DNA of 64,000 nucleotides from Tetramitus jugosus. Its lineage: Eukaryota > Protista > Heterolobosea. Position 1 is the stretch's first letter; each line of letters opens with the position of its first letter. Shown here one piece after another: positions 32,046 through 42,549 of this stretch. Under the pieces are notes generated by a model. The model was not told the origin of the DNA. It saw only the letters and a program-made list of their open reading frames with translations, and ran no database searches. The stretch spans positions 124,001 to 188,000 of the forward strand of contig OW569367.1 in the NCBI GenBank assembly GCA_937625935.1. The letters are read 5' to 3'. Both the position numbers and the translations under genes were made by a program.

Positions 32046-33215
32046 ATGGACCAACATCAGACATTGAGTGGCAACGATCCATTGTCACTCACAGACCACA
32101 TGACCACCACCCGTCATCACAATCACAACACTCCTCTGAACAATGATCCATTGCTTCTTCCAACAACCCATGTGAACACTCCTTTAACAACAACTGCCAT
32201 TCATGTTCATGATGGTGATCGTCGTCACAATCATACAAACAATACCAACAATAATACTAACAATACTAACAATAATACTAATACTAAAGCTAACAATACT
32301 AATAATGAAGAGGATGACGATGATGATGATGATGATGATGATGAAGATGATACCATATTGAGTTTTGAACAGACGAGTGATGATGACAATAGTGATGATG
32401 CCATGTTTATGTCACTGTTGCAATCTTCTCAACAACAACAACAGCAGCAGTCAAAACACGCTAGAATACCACTCTTGTCCTCCTCTACCAACAACAACAA
32501 TAATCACAACAATAATCACAACAACAACAACAACAGTGGTGCAGAATTGACATACAAGAATTCAAGTGCCATGGATTTGTACTTGCACAGAGTAGGATGG
32601 TTAATCGGTTTGTTGATTCTGCAGAGTTTCAGCAGCTTTATTCTCGCATCATTTGAAAAATTGTTGGAACAGCACATTATTATTACACTGTTCTTGACCA
32701 TGTTGGTAGGATCGGGTGGCAATGCAGGATCACAGTCCACTGTGGCAGTTGTCAGAGGAATTGCCACTGGTGATATACCCAGGAGTGCCATCATGTCTAT
32801 TCTGACAAAGGAGTTGAAGATTGGATTCATGTTGAGTGGTACGTTGGGATGCGTAGGGTTTGGCCGTGTGTTTCTCTATCGATTCTTCCATCCTATATCA
32901 ACAGCAGCAGCCATTGCAGGCAGCAACACAGAGTACACTTCATGGATAGCCAAGACACTTGCAAGTGTGACGAGTGGGTACGTGTTGAGAGAACTATTGG
33001 CCATATCATTGTCTCTGACGTGTATTGTGTTTGTGTCAGTGTTGATTGGTACGATGTTGCCACTGTTTTTGCACTATGTGTTGAGAGTGGATGGAGCACA
33101 TGCTGGACCAACGGTACAAGTGACAATGGACATATTAGGTGTACTCATTACTTGTCTCATGAGTACAATGATATTGCCTTCCTCTGCTGCTGCTGCCAAT
33201 GCCACCACTACATAG
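32046..33215 (+). CDS. MgtE-family Mg2+ transporter, membrane domain only
   Basis: RVGWLIGLL, TMLVGSGGNAGSQS and AGPTVQVTMDILG. No CBS domains; Asp/His/Asn-rich N-terminus. Confidence 0.85.
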   Translation: MDQHQTLSGNDPLSLTDHMTTTRHHNHNTPLNNDPLLLPTTHVNTPLTTTAIHVHDGDRRHNHTNNTNNNTNNTNNNTNTKANNTNNEEDDDDDDDDDDEDDTILSFEQTSDDDNSDDAMFMSLLQSSQQQQQQQSKHARIPLLSSSTNNNNNHNNNHNNNNNSGAELTYKNSSAMDLYLHRVGWLIGLLILQSFSSFILASFEKLLEQHIIITLFLTMLVGSGGNAGSQSTVAVVRGIATGDIPRSAIMSILTKELKIGFMLSGTLGCVGFGRVFLYRFFHPISTAAAIAGSNTEYTSWIAKTLASVTSGYVLRELLAISLSLTCIVFVSVLIGTMLPLFLHYVLRVDGAHAGPTVQVTMDILGVLITCLMSTMILPSSAAAANATTT

Positions 33216-33359
33216 TGTCTATTGTATTGTAGCCACTGGTAAAAAAAAAGATTCACCGGAGAAAAATAGGTTGTTTGTCCATTCGCTCTCATCAAACAAA
33301 AAAAAAAAGAAAAATCATCTCAGAGCTGTTCTTCTTGTACACTACGACTATTACTACAT

Positions 33360-36300
33360 ATGAGTGTGATGAATCGACTCAATATCAATACAAGCATGGA
33401 CCTTGACTTGACAAAACATCTTCCTTCACTGCGTTCCGTTTTGAATGTTGTCAAATCCGATTCCAACTACAATCTGAATGGCAACAGCCATCATGATGTT
33501 GATGATGATGACTTGAATGATCTCGCTCGAGATGCATCACAACAACAACAACATCATCACCACCACCGTCGTCAAAAATCCCGTAGTCATGATGCTGACA
33601 ATAGTGATGATGACAGTGATCAAAGTGATAGTGATGATGATGATGATGCACCAGTGAATCCATCCTCTGACATGGGTGCCAAGAGAATTCAAATGTTGTT
33701 GGCTCAATACTATGGCAATGACAATCAAAACAACAACAATAACGCTAATAGTAACAACAGTGGTGGTGGTGGTGGTAGTGGTAGTGGTAGTGGTAGTGGT
33801 GGTGGTGGTGAAAATGTAGATTCATCATCAGAAGCAGTGTTTGATCCATTGAACATCAACAGTCCTCATTTCGATGCCAAAAAATATGTTCAAAAAACAT
33901 TGGACAAGCGATCCATGGGCGAAGTCATGGAAAGAGAAAGGTTGTTGAACAATGATATCAAGAGACTGGACATGGAGTTGCAAACACTTGTCTATGAGAA
34001 TTACAACAAGTTTATTACAGCGACAGACACCATCAAGAAAATGAAGACTCATGTGGAGAGCATGGAAGATGAGATGAGTCGATTGATGGGCAACATGGAC
34101 AAGATTACATCCTGTTCCGATGCCATCTCACGCAATCTCAGCACCAAACGAGAACGCATTGACAAATTGTCGTCTGTGAGTCGAATGTTGAAAAAGATGC
34201 AATTCTTGTTGGAGTTGCCCAAGAGACTGAGAACATGTTTGGACATGAAGGCGTACCCTGTTGCTGTCAAGTATTACAACATGGCCAACAAGATATTGAA
34301 TCAGTATAGAGACCTGCCCAGTTTTCAATCCATTCACAAGGACAGTGAACAAGTCATGAGTGAACTGAAGAATCAAATATTGTATCGTATTGTTCGCATG
34401 CAATCACCTCTCACTCTCAACGCGAACACTGGTAGTAGTAGTAGTAATAGTAGTAATAGTAGTAGTGCTGCTGTGTCACCCATGACACCAACATTGATGA
34501 CTACCGTATCACCTACGAGTGCCCTGCCTAGTATTGTGAGCAACAACACGAATGGCACCACTTTTTACGAGTACAAGAAGAATGAGGACATTGAAGCAGT
34601 GACACTGTTGCTGCAGTTGGGAGAAGATTGGAGAGAGATTCGAACATTGTACACGAGCACCAGAAAATCATTTATTGACACAATCATTAGACAACTGCCC
34701 AGTAACACAAAGAACATTAAGGAATTTATTGATCAGTTGAACAGTCATGTGATCAATAGAGCCATCGATTGGATTCAAGTGTACTTTACAGCCTTCCACA
34801 AACTGGATGGCAACGAAGACTATTTTATCAATTGGATCGGTAGAGACATTTTCCAATCATTGTATCTCACTCGCGCCAGAGAACACTTGGTTGATACACT
34901 TGTTGCCTCACAAGCATCATCATCAAACAGCAACAACAATGCCACAGTGGATGATCCATCGTCTCTGCTGCTCACAAACACCAAATTGATTCCTGCTCAG
35001 GACTTTAGACATGCCATGTTTCAAATGTGGTATCAAATCACAACTCGTGTGCACATTTTGATCCCTGAGGCCAAGATGAGTGAAAAGGCAAGCAACCTCG
35101 TGTCCGATACAGTCAAGGCATACATGGAGTATGAAATGAATCGATTGCGTGCAAGTATGACTCAGAGAATATCAGCACTCTCGAGAACCAATCCCAACAG
35201 TGTCAAACAAGAGAAGGATCTGGATGACTTGTTGCTCAACACATGTAACAGTATCATTGAGGATGTGAAGATTGTTGCCTCCTATTTCTACACACTGATC
35301 AACAACAGTAAGAGTCAAAAGTCATCGAGTAGTGGTGGTGGTAGCAGCGAAAGAATTGAATCACCAACCGATGAAAGCTTCCAAGTACTCGTCGCCCGAA
35401 AAGAAATATTCAACACTTGGATCCAAACAAGTGTCATGAGAGTCATTGAGGATGTTTGTGCTGACATGTCCAACAGAGTTATGCCTCATTCTCAAGCCAA
35501 AATCTATGTGGGCAAAGAAGCGGAAGAAGCCAGCAAACTGCCTGAAATCAAACAAAAGAAGGCCATTGCTGCCATTTCAGCCTCAATGAAGAAACAACCG
35601 CAGAGCACACCGACTGGACAGTTGCTCGTCTGTCGTCTGTGCAGAGATTTGAGCAGAGACCACATGAAAAAAGTGAAATCCTCTCTGGATGAACAATTCT
35701 CAATCAGAAGCAAGGCTGCACTGTTCGATATGAGTCACTTGGACTATTGTCTTCAGAGCTGTGCTCAACAATACCTCGTGGGATTCATTGAAGCACAAGG
35801 ACAACGATTGAACAAGTTTATTCGTACTGGAATTGAATCTCACGATTGGTTCAATGACTCGGATGTTGTACGTGGAGTGAGACATGGTATCGTGTCTGTG
35901 GTAAAGGAAATGGGTGAGATTTCAGATTTTGTCAACCGCGTCTTCCCTGTTGCTCCAACAACAGGCAGCAGCAGCACCAGTGGTGGTTCAAGCAACTCAT
36001 TGGACAAGAAGAAGCGTGAAGCAAGTTCCTTCTCGTACGCGTCGATGAATCAGAGTGATAATCAACAGGACATTGTGAAGGATGTGATGAAAATCTTCAA
36101 CAAGAAACTGTCCACCTTCCGCATCACACCTCCTATTCTGGACACGAAAACCGAGGTGAAACCATCAAAGATTCTCATTGAAATCATGAAAATTGCTCTC
36201 AAGACATTTGAGGAATGTGTGAGAATGTGTACGTTTGGAAAAGATGGATTCCAACAATTGCAGGTTGATGCTCATTTCCTTCGTGTCATGTGGAGCAGAT

Positions 36301-36449
36301 TGGTCAACGACGACAAGGTCATCTCATCGCTCGTGAATGAAGCCATGAGCAGCTGTGCAGAACGATGTCTCGAACTGAGTCCACTCGATCAAAACATTGT
36401 CCAGACACTTGTCGACAAAAAGATTGCTCAGTTGGAGGAAAGATCCTAA
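33360..36449 (+). CDS. VPS51: GARP/EARP tethering complex subunit VPS51
   Basis: INSPHFD, LDMELQTLVYENYNKFITATDTIKKM and KTFEECVRMCTFGKDGFQQLQVD. Confidence 0.92.
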   Translation: MSVMNRLNINTSMDLDLTKHLPSLRSVLNVVKSDSNYNLNGNSHHDVDDDDLNDLARDASQQQQHHHHHRRQKSRSHDADNSDDDSDQSDSDDDDDAPVNPSSDMGAKRIQMLLAQYYGNDNQNNNNNANSNNSGGGGGSGSGSGSGGGGENVDSSSEAVFDPLNINSPHFDAKKYVQKTLDKRSMGEVMERERLLNNDIKRLDMELQTLVYENYNKFITATDTIKKMKTHVESMEDEMSRLMGNMDKITSCSDAISRNLSTKRERIDKLSSVSRMLKKMQFLLELPKRLRTCLDMKAYPVAVKYYNMANKILNQYRDLPSFQSIHKDSEQVMSELKNQILYRIVRMQSPLTLNANTGSSSSNSSNSSSAAVSPMTPTLMTTVSPTSALPSIVSNNTNGTTFYEYKKNEDIEAVTLLLQLGEDWREIRTLYTSTRKSFIDTIIRQLPSNTKNIKEFIDQLNSHVINRAIDWIQVYFTAFHKLDGNEDYFINWIGRDIFQSLYLTRAREHLVDTLVASQASSSNSNNNATVDDPSSLLLTNTKLIPAQDFRHAMFQMWYQITTRVHILIPEAKMSEKASNLVSDTVKAYMEYEMNRLRASMTQRISALSRTNPNSVKQEKDLDDLLLNTCNSIIEDVKIVASYFYTLINNSKSQKSSSSGGGSSERIESPTDESFQVLVARKEIFNTWIQTSVMRVIEDVCADMSNRVMPHSQAKIYVGKEAEEASKLPEIKQKKAIAAISASMKKQPQSTPTGQLLVCRLCRDLSRDHMKKVKSSLDEQFSIRSKAALFDMSHLDYCLQSCAQQYLVGFIEAQGQRLNKFIRTGIESHDWFNDSDVVRGVRHGIVSVVKEMGEISDFVNRVFPVAPTTGSSSTSGGSSNSLDKKKREASSFSYASMNQSDNQQDIVKDVMKIFNKKLSTFRITPPILDTKTEVKPSKILIEIMKIALKTFEECVRMCTFGKDGFQQLQVDAHFLRVMWSRLVNDDKVISSLVNEAMSSCAERCLELSPLDQNIVQTLVDKKIAQLEERS

Positions 36450-36556
36450 CGGTAATTATCAAGTATTATTTATTGAACAAGAAAAAAGCATTCAATTCAC
36501 CCGCTTTGGCTGAGAATACATTGACCATTTAATGTACAAAACGAATAAAATACAAT

Positions 36557-37858
36557 TTAGAGCTTGGACTTGTACCCGATACCGAAATTGGCTTTCATAT
36601 ACAATTGGTTCTTTTCGATAATGTCTTTGCCTGTTCTTCTGCAAATTTCTTCGAATTGAGTCAACTTGGCCTGGATTTTGCTCTCAGGCATCGTTTTGTC
36701 TTGTGTGTATCGCCACCTGACCGCATTCATGGCCATCTGTACAAACTGATCCAATGTTGCATCTTCGAGATGGCACTCTCTTGTTTGGCATGTCACGTTG
36801 TGGAAACCAGCTTGTTCCATCTCTCTCTGCAGAACCGACACATCACTTAATGAAAAGTTATCTGCATGTCGCTGCATAATATCAGCAAGAGTCACTTTGC
36901 CTAATTGTGCCATCGATTCATACAGTGCTTCACATGCAGGATTCTCCTTGACTGCTGACCAACCACTCACAATGACTTTTCCAGTGTCTGGTTTGAGAAC
37001 TCTGTGCATTTCTCTTAGTCCTTGTACGTGATCAGGGAAAAAGATGAGAACAAAATTACAAAAAATGTAATCGAACGTGTCATTTGCAAATTGTTCCTTC
37101 ATGTCCATTCCGTTTGCCACCATGGATCGAATTCTCACCACTACTTGATGACTATCATCTGCATCAATATCATTGTTAGTACTTGGTAGATCTATGACTT
37201 GAACAAGCACATTACTACTACTACTATTCTGCTCATTCTCATTGTTGTTGTTATTGTGATATCTCTGTCGAAGTGATTGATTCAATAAATGAATCATGTC
37301 TTGTGATAGATCCGTGGCAGTTACATCAAATATGATACGCTGTTGTCGTTTCTGTTCTCGCAGTTGATGATCCTTTGTATGGCTCTCATTGACACGTGAC
37401 GATTGCATCCCAAGGTGATGAATGAGAGAATGACATAGGGCACCAGTGCCTGCACCCAGATCCAATATCTTGATGGTTTTTGCATCCTGAGAGCTCTCAC
37501 TCTTATCATACTGCTTTTCACAGAGTATGTGAGACATTTGGATCATATCATGAGTCAAGTGACCTGCAAATGTACCAAAGAATGATTGACTGTAGTCTGT
37601 TGACATGTTATCCCAGAATTGACTACGACTCTTCATCATTGCTGCTGTTGTTGGTGGTGGTTGTTTGGAAGTGTTGTTGTTGTTGTTGTCGTTAGTAGTA
37701 CTGTTAGGGGTGGATGATGCGGATGCATCATGGGATTGAGATCGCAGTTGTTGTTGTTGTTGTTCATGCTTGAATGATAATGGGATTGCTCGATGTTGTT
37801 GCTTTGCGTAGTGAGCGAGTGCGGCTGTTGTAGTCCTGTGCATTACTCTCTTGATCAT
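36557..37858 (-). CDS. Class I SAM-dependent methyltransferase (UbiE/Methyltransf_11-like) with presequence-like N-terminus and C-terminal SKL
   Basis: ILDLGAGTG, TDLSQDM, FANDTFDYI and LREMHRVLKP. Confidence 0.85.
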   Translation of the reverse strand: MIKRVMHRTTTAALAHYAKQQHRAIPLSFKHEQQQQQLRSQSHDASASSTPNSTTNDNNNNNTSKQPPPTTAAMMKSRSQFWDNMSTDYSQSFFGTFAGHLTHDMIQMSHILCEKQYDKSESSQDAKTIKILDLGAGTGALCHSLIHHLGMQSSRVNESHTKDHQLREQKRQQRIIFDVTATDLSQDMIHLLNQSLRQRYHNNNNNENEQNSSSSNVLVQVIDLPSTNNDIDADDSHQVVVRIRSMVANGMDMKEQFANDTFDYIFCNFVLIFFPDHVQGLREMHRVLKPDTGKVIVSGWSAVKENPACEALYESMAQLGKVTLADIMQRHADNFSLSDVSVLQREMEQAGFHNVTCQTRECHLEDATLDQFVQMAMNAVRWRYTQDKTMPESKIQAKLTQFEEICRRTGKDIIEKNQLYMKANFGIGYKSKL

Positions 37859-37938
37859 CTTGTGGGTCTCTGTTGTTGATTGAATTAGATTTTTGAGTTT
37901 TGCTTGTCTTCAAGCAGGTGTGACAGATGAGAGGGTAT

Positions 37939-39459
37939 TTATTCGCTGTATTGCTTGATGAAATTGGCATGGAAGACTTGGAACAAGTCCAATGCCTTCT
38001 TGAGTTCGTGCTCCTGTGGCAAGAATGTAGTTCTAAAGTGGAAAGTACCCTTCTCTTGACCAAAGCCTGCACCTGGAACACAGACCACACCAGTGTTCTT
38101 GAGCATCTCCAGAACATAGAACATGTCTGGTGCTAAACCTTGCTTTTGTGCTTCTTGGACAGCCTTTTGAGGAATAGAAATCTTTGGGAAAGCGTACATG
38201 GCACCATCAATTGGTTGACATTCGAGACCAGGAAGAGTGTTGAAAGTGTCAGACAAGAGTTTTGCTCTGCGCTTCAAGCTCTCAATAATGGAATTCTTTT
38301 CTTGATTGAACAGTTGAGCACAGACACCAGAGCCTGTAGGTGGATTGATCAACACATCCATTGCCAATTGACCATGTGTGTTTGGTGCAAGGATAATACT
38401 GACCAACTTGTTCAACTCGGATAGTACATCATCACCAATTGCTTGTCCAATGTGAACATAGCCACCTCTTCTTCCACACTCACCCAAGTATCCCTTGGAT
38501 GCAGAGTGGAACGAGATCAATTCCAACTCATTCTCCAATTGCAACTCGTACATGATGCGATTGAATGAAATGAATGGATTCGAACTGTTGTAGATGTTGT
38601 CTTGGTAGACCTCATCAGCCAACAACACAATCTTCTTCTCCACACAAAACTTTACAATCTCAATCATGTTCTCTCTGGAGAGACAGGAACCAGTAGGGTT
38701 TCCAGGGTTGATGACTACCAATGCTCTCACATTCTTGTTCTCACTGTACACTCTGTTCAATTCTTGAGTGCTCAATTGCCATTTTTGATTCTCATTCAAA
38801 TAGTAGCCAGCTTGCTTTCCTCCGTACAGTGTAATACCGGCAGAGTACAGTGGATACTGTGGCAATGGAATCATGATGGAATCGTCTTGTTCAGGACGAA
38901 TCAACAACTGAAGAATATACTTTACAGCAGCACCTGCTCCATCAGTCATGAATACACGCTTCACATGATGTGCCGCATTGAATTGATCACTTGAAAGAGC
39001 GTCTCTGCTCTGAATGAACTCACAGACATGTTGTCTAACAAATGGAAGGCCCTGAGCATGAGTATACGCACCTGTGGAGCTCACATTCTTTTTTGGTTGA
39101 CTCGCATCTGGCAATGCATTCATCTGAGACAGCATGGCATGTGCTCTCTCGAATTCTTCACTGTGAAAAACTCCGCAGTCCATCAAACTCTGCTTGTGGT
39201 TCAATAGGAGATCTGGACTGTCCATAATGGAGAGAACATGTCTCAAGAAAGTGATTGGCTTCTGTGACTGTGCCTGTGGATTACCAATGTTACAATAGAT
39301 CAATTGATCAAATGGAAGAGAAGAATCGGGCTTTTTAAGCTCTTGTTCTAATTTCTCCGCTTCTTCTTGAACCTTGCCTCTGACGACAAATACTGCATTG
39401 ACAACGTTTTGGTTGATGTTGTCCTTGGATAACTTGGTTGTGTTTACGACGCTTGACAT
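37939..39459 (-). CDS. Alanine aminotransferase (PLP-dependent, class I)
   Basis: CNIGNPQ, PQYPLYSA, INPGNPTG, LADEVYQDN, SASKGYLGECGRRGGY and GFGQ..GTFHFRTTFLP. First ATG at 39459. Confidence 0.93.
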   Translation of the reverse strand: MSSVVNTTKLSKDNINQNVVNAVFVVRGKVQEEAEKLEQELKKPDSSLPFDQLIYCNIGNPQAQSQKPITFLRHVLSIMDSPDLLLNHKQSLMDCGVFHSEEFERAHAMLSQMNALPDASQPKKNVSSTGAYTHAQGLPFVRQHVCEFIQSRDALSSDQFNAAHHVKRVFMTDGAGAAVKYILQLLIRPEQDDSIMIPLPQYPLYSAGITLYGGKQAGYYLNENQKWQLSTQELNRVYSENKNVRALVVINPGNPTGSCLSRENMIEIVKFCVEKKIVLLADEVYQDNIYNSSNPFISFNRIMYELQLENELELISFHSASKGYLGECGRRGGYVHIGQAIGDDVLSELNKLVSIILAPNTHGQLAMDVLINPPTGSGVCAQLFNQEKNSIIESLKRRAKLLSDTFNTLPGLECQPIDGAMYAFPKISIPQKAVQEAQKQGLAPDMFYVLEMLKNTGVVCVPGAGFGQEKGTFHFRTTFLPQEHELKKALDLFQVFHANFIKQYSE

Positions 39460-39617
39460 GATCCTTGTTTCTTTTTTTGTTTTTTCTGTTGCAACAGACT
39501 CACAACAATCTAACGGAGAAAAAAGTCCCAAATTCAAGAATCCCGCAAAAAGATCAAGTGGTGATGCGAGTCACTGAACCATGTGTGTAACGATGTTTCG
39601 AAGCAAAAAACACAACA

Positions 39618-40421
39618 ATGCCTCGTGTCAACAACGGTACTCCGCATATCAGGAACAGTTTGATTGCACCTTACAACCGATCTAGCGAGCCCACATCATT
39701 GACATCGATTCCAATGCTCGATGATCATGATGAGGAGGAGCTCAATGAGTTGAGAGACGAGAACTCTCGATTAACTGAACTCGTTCAACGAATGTCACAG
39801 AGTAGGCACGACACATATTCACTTGAATCAGAACTTAAACAGAAGCATGCAGTAGAGATGCAACAGAAAGATGATAAAATTAAACAACTCCAGGAAGACG
39901 TTGCAAATATGAGGCAACAGCTCGAATATTGGAGGAATGTAAATAAGGCAGCATCGTCTAGTGCAGACACAGCAGCTAACAATCAATTTAACTACAAGAG
40001 ATTATACTATTGTCACAGAACTATGGAGTTTCTTGACAGGGCTCGTAAGATCTTGTGGGATAGATTGCAGCCTGGGCGATTGAAACATGGCAATGGAATT
40101 TATCTGGGATCTTGTCCATGGGAGCTATTAGCTCTGCATTTCAGAAGAATGCCTAATTGCGAAGAAGATGTGACAATGCGAACAGAACGCAGGAATGGTG
40201 AGAAGGTGCTGGTTCCGTACAAATGGTTCATATTTCAGACAGTAATGCCAGATCTTGGAGGTAGATGGAGCGGCAAGTATTTCAAGCGAGGACAAGAGTT
40301 ACATCGCTCGGATTATGTCTCCATAAAATTTATAGTCAGCACCGCAGATGGCCGAGTGTATTGCAACTGGAGGTCCGTGAGCTATTTGGCTTTCAATGGA
40401 TGCTATTGGCCTTCTATGTAG
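39618..40421 (+). CDS. Hypothetical protein: coiled coil followed by an unrecognised aromatic-rich globular domain
   Basis: 267-aa ORF, ATG after a CA-rich leader, divergent from the aminotransferase. Confidence 0.6.
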   Translation: MPRVNNGTPHIRNSLIAPYNRSSEPTSLTSIPMLDDHDEEELNELRDENSRLTELVQRMSQSRHDTYSLESELKQKHAVEMQQKDDKIKQLQEDVANMRQQLEYWRNVNKAASSSADTAANNQFNYKRLYYCHRTMEFLDRARKILWDRLQPGRLKHGNGIYLGSCPWELLALHFRRMPNCEEDVTMRTERRNGEKVLVPYKWFIFQTVMPDLGGRWSGKYFKRGQELHRSDYVSIKFIVSTADGRVYCNWRSVSYLAFNGCYWPSM

Positions 40422-40856
40422 ATATTGTAAATACAACGGATGTTGATTATGATAATCCTCTTTTCTATTCTGTCATTCACTTTACAAAAACTTGCAAACA
40501 ACAAACGAAAGCGGACAATGCATTGATGAATGATGTTTTTTCTTGTCAACACCTATTTACCTATTGATTTACCAATTGAATGACTCATTGCTGATGTCGA
40601 ACACTGTAACAATGTATGGCAGCGAATTAATATCTGTTATCAAATCATCGTTCATCGTGCGTAACTGTTTGTTATGAGTGAAGATCGCGTAAATTCCTTG
40701 AGGCGCCAACAGTATTTGGCAAGTGATAAGATCCTACGGTTATAATATTAGATTTATCGAATATTCGCATGTCTTCGTCCGGGCCATTCAATTTGGGTCC
40801 GCTAGATTGTTGTGTTCTATCAGCTAAAAATAAAATTGGATTGGCCGAACAGAAAC

Positions 40857-40873
40857 GCGCCAAATTTTGGCGC
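40857..40873. promoter_or_regulatory. Palindromic double E2F-like site GCGCCAAA-T-TTTGGCGC upstream of WRAP73
   Basis: Perfect 8-bp inverted repeat about 110 nt before the ATG; ATTGG (reverse CCAAT) twice at 40835-40844. Confidence 0.5.
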
Positions 40874-40980
40874 TCTTTTTCAAGAGGCTGTTACAGCTGG
40901 AGGAAGAATATTAACAAACAATTGAACAGCGAAAGCACTTATTGTCGGTGGTAGCTCAACAACAATCGTGAAAAATCATC

Positions 40981-42297
40981 ATGGATTTCTCAGAATTATT
41001 CAAATGCTCTGGCATTGCAAAGTACTCACCTGATGGCAAATTTATTGCCAACTCGGCCGGCTATCGACTTGTGGTCAAAAATGTGGAAACACTGCAAATT
41101 GTTCATCTCTTGAACTGCATGGATGAAATCTCTCAGATTGAATGGTCGCCCGACTCCACTCTCGTTCTTGCTGCAAGCTACAAACGTGCTTCTGTCGAAG
41201 TTTTCAGTATTCAACACACATCGTTCAAGGCGACGATGGAGGAAGGAGCTGCGGGTGTTGCCTATGCTCAATTCTCTCCAGATTCAAGGCATGTGCTTGT
41301 TACCTCTGATTTTCAATTAAGAATCACAATATGGTCATTGCTAGGTCAAAACACAGTGCCATTGGCACATTTAAAGTATCCCAAGTTTGCTTCACGAGGT
41401 ATTGATTTCACAAGAAATGACTCTGGAAAGTATATGGCTCTAGCAGAGCGAAGATCTGATTGTAAGGACTATATCTCAATCATCTATACGGATACGTGGG
41501 AGTTGGTTAAGCATTTCCCAACAAACACCAAACACTTGCATGATATTAAGTGGAGCTCATGTGGAAGGTACTTGTGCGTGTGGGATAGTCATCTCACTTA
41601 CAAATTACTCATATATTCAGCAGATGGTGCATCTGTTCTCTGCGATTATTCTGCCTATGATAACGCACTGGGACTGTCCACTGTTCAATGGGCACCCAAC
41701 AATAAGCTAATGGCACTAGGAAGTTACGATGGAAAATCAAGAATCTTGAACACAACAACATGGAACATGATTGCAACGTACTCACATGAAATTGATGAGA
41801 CTGTGAACATGGATGGAATTGTAGTGTTTCGTGAAGTACCATACGCTAGAGACTCTAACCTCGCAATAAACACACAAAACAAAACGAGGTATGTCATTAG
41901 TGAACTACCAGCTGCGCTCAAAAAGAAGTTTAAGCTCGGAAAGCCAAAGGGTGTCAGCATCATGAACTGGAGTTCCTGTTCCACCTATCTATGCACAAGA
42001 AATGACGATCTACCCAACGTGTTATGGATTTGGGAAACGACAAAACTGAGGTTGTGCACGATTATAACACAACTTGAGCCAATCAAACATGTAGAATGGG
42101 ACCCTGTGAACCCTCGATTGGCCGTCTGCACAGGCAATTGTAGAATTTACTTGTGGAGCAGAGATGGCTGTTCTTGTGTCGATGTACCCAGTGTCAACTT
42201 TAATGTGAACAAGCTACACTGGAACCCAAATGGTGAAAATCTTCTACTCATGGACACAAAGTCATTCTGCTGCTGTTACTTGCATCCGGACACATAA
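40981..42297 (+). CDS. WRAP73: Centriolar WD40 protein WRAP73/WDR8
   Basis: MDFSELFK, DFQLRITIWSL, YSAYDNALG, GSYDGK and TRNDDLPNVLWIW. Confidence 0.92.
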   Translation: MDFSELFKCSGIAKYSPDGKFIANSAGYRLVVKNVETLQIVHLLNCMDEISQIEWSPDSTLVLAASYKRASVEVFSIQHTSFKATMEEGAAGVAYAQFSPDSRHVLVTSDFQLRITIWSLLGQNTVPLAHLKYPKFASRGIDFTRNDSGKYMALAERRSDCKDYISIIYTDTWELVKHFPTNTKHLHDIKWSSCGRYLCVWDSHLTYKLLIYSADGASVLCDYSAYDNALGLSTVQWAPNNKLMALGSYDGKSRILNTTTWNMIATYSHEIDETVNMDGIVVFREVPYARDSNLAINTQNKTRYVISELPAALKKKFKLGKPKGVSIMNWSSCSTYLCTRNDDLPNVLWIWETTKLRLCTIITQLEPIKHVEWDPVNPRLAVCTGNCRIYLWSRDGCSCVDVPSVNFNVNKLHWNPNGENLLLMDTKSFCCCYLHPDT

Positions 42298-42549
42298 ATT
42301 GGTATTTCTTTCAAGAAAGAGACAACCATCCCACGATGGGCCGTAAAGTCCGCCGCCAAAAAAGTGAAGCCAGTCACCAATCAATGCTCTCGAAAGTGAG
42401 AGTTCGCACTCGTAATCCCGACTTTCGAATCAACCAACTCCCCTACTACACGTTCAGAATTTTTCACCTTACAAAAAAAGAGACTTGCAAACAAACAAAT
42501 CCTTTTATTATTGTACCATACATCGAAATTTTTTGAACCAATCAACAAC

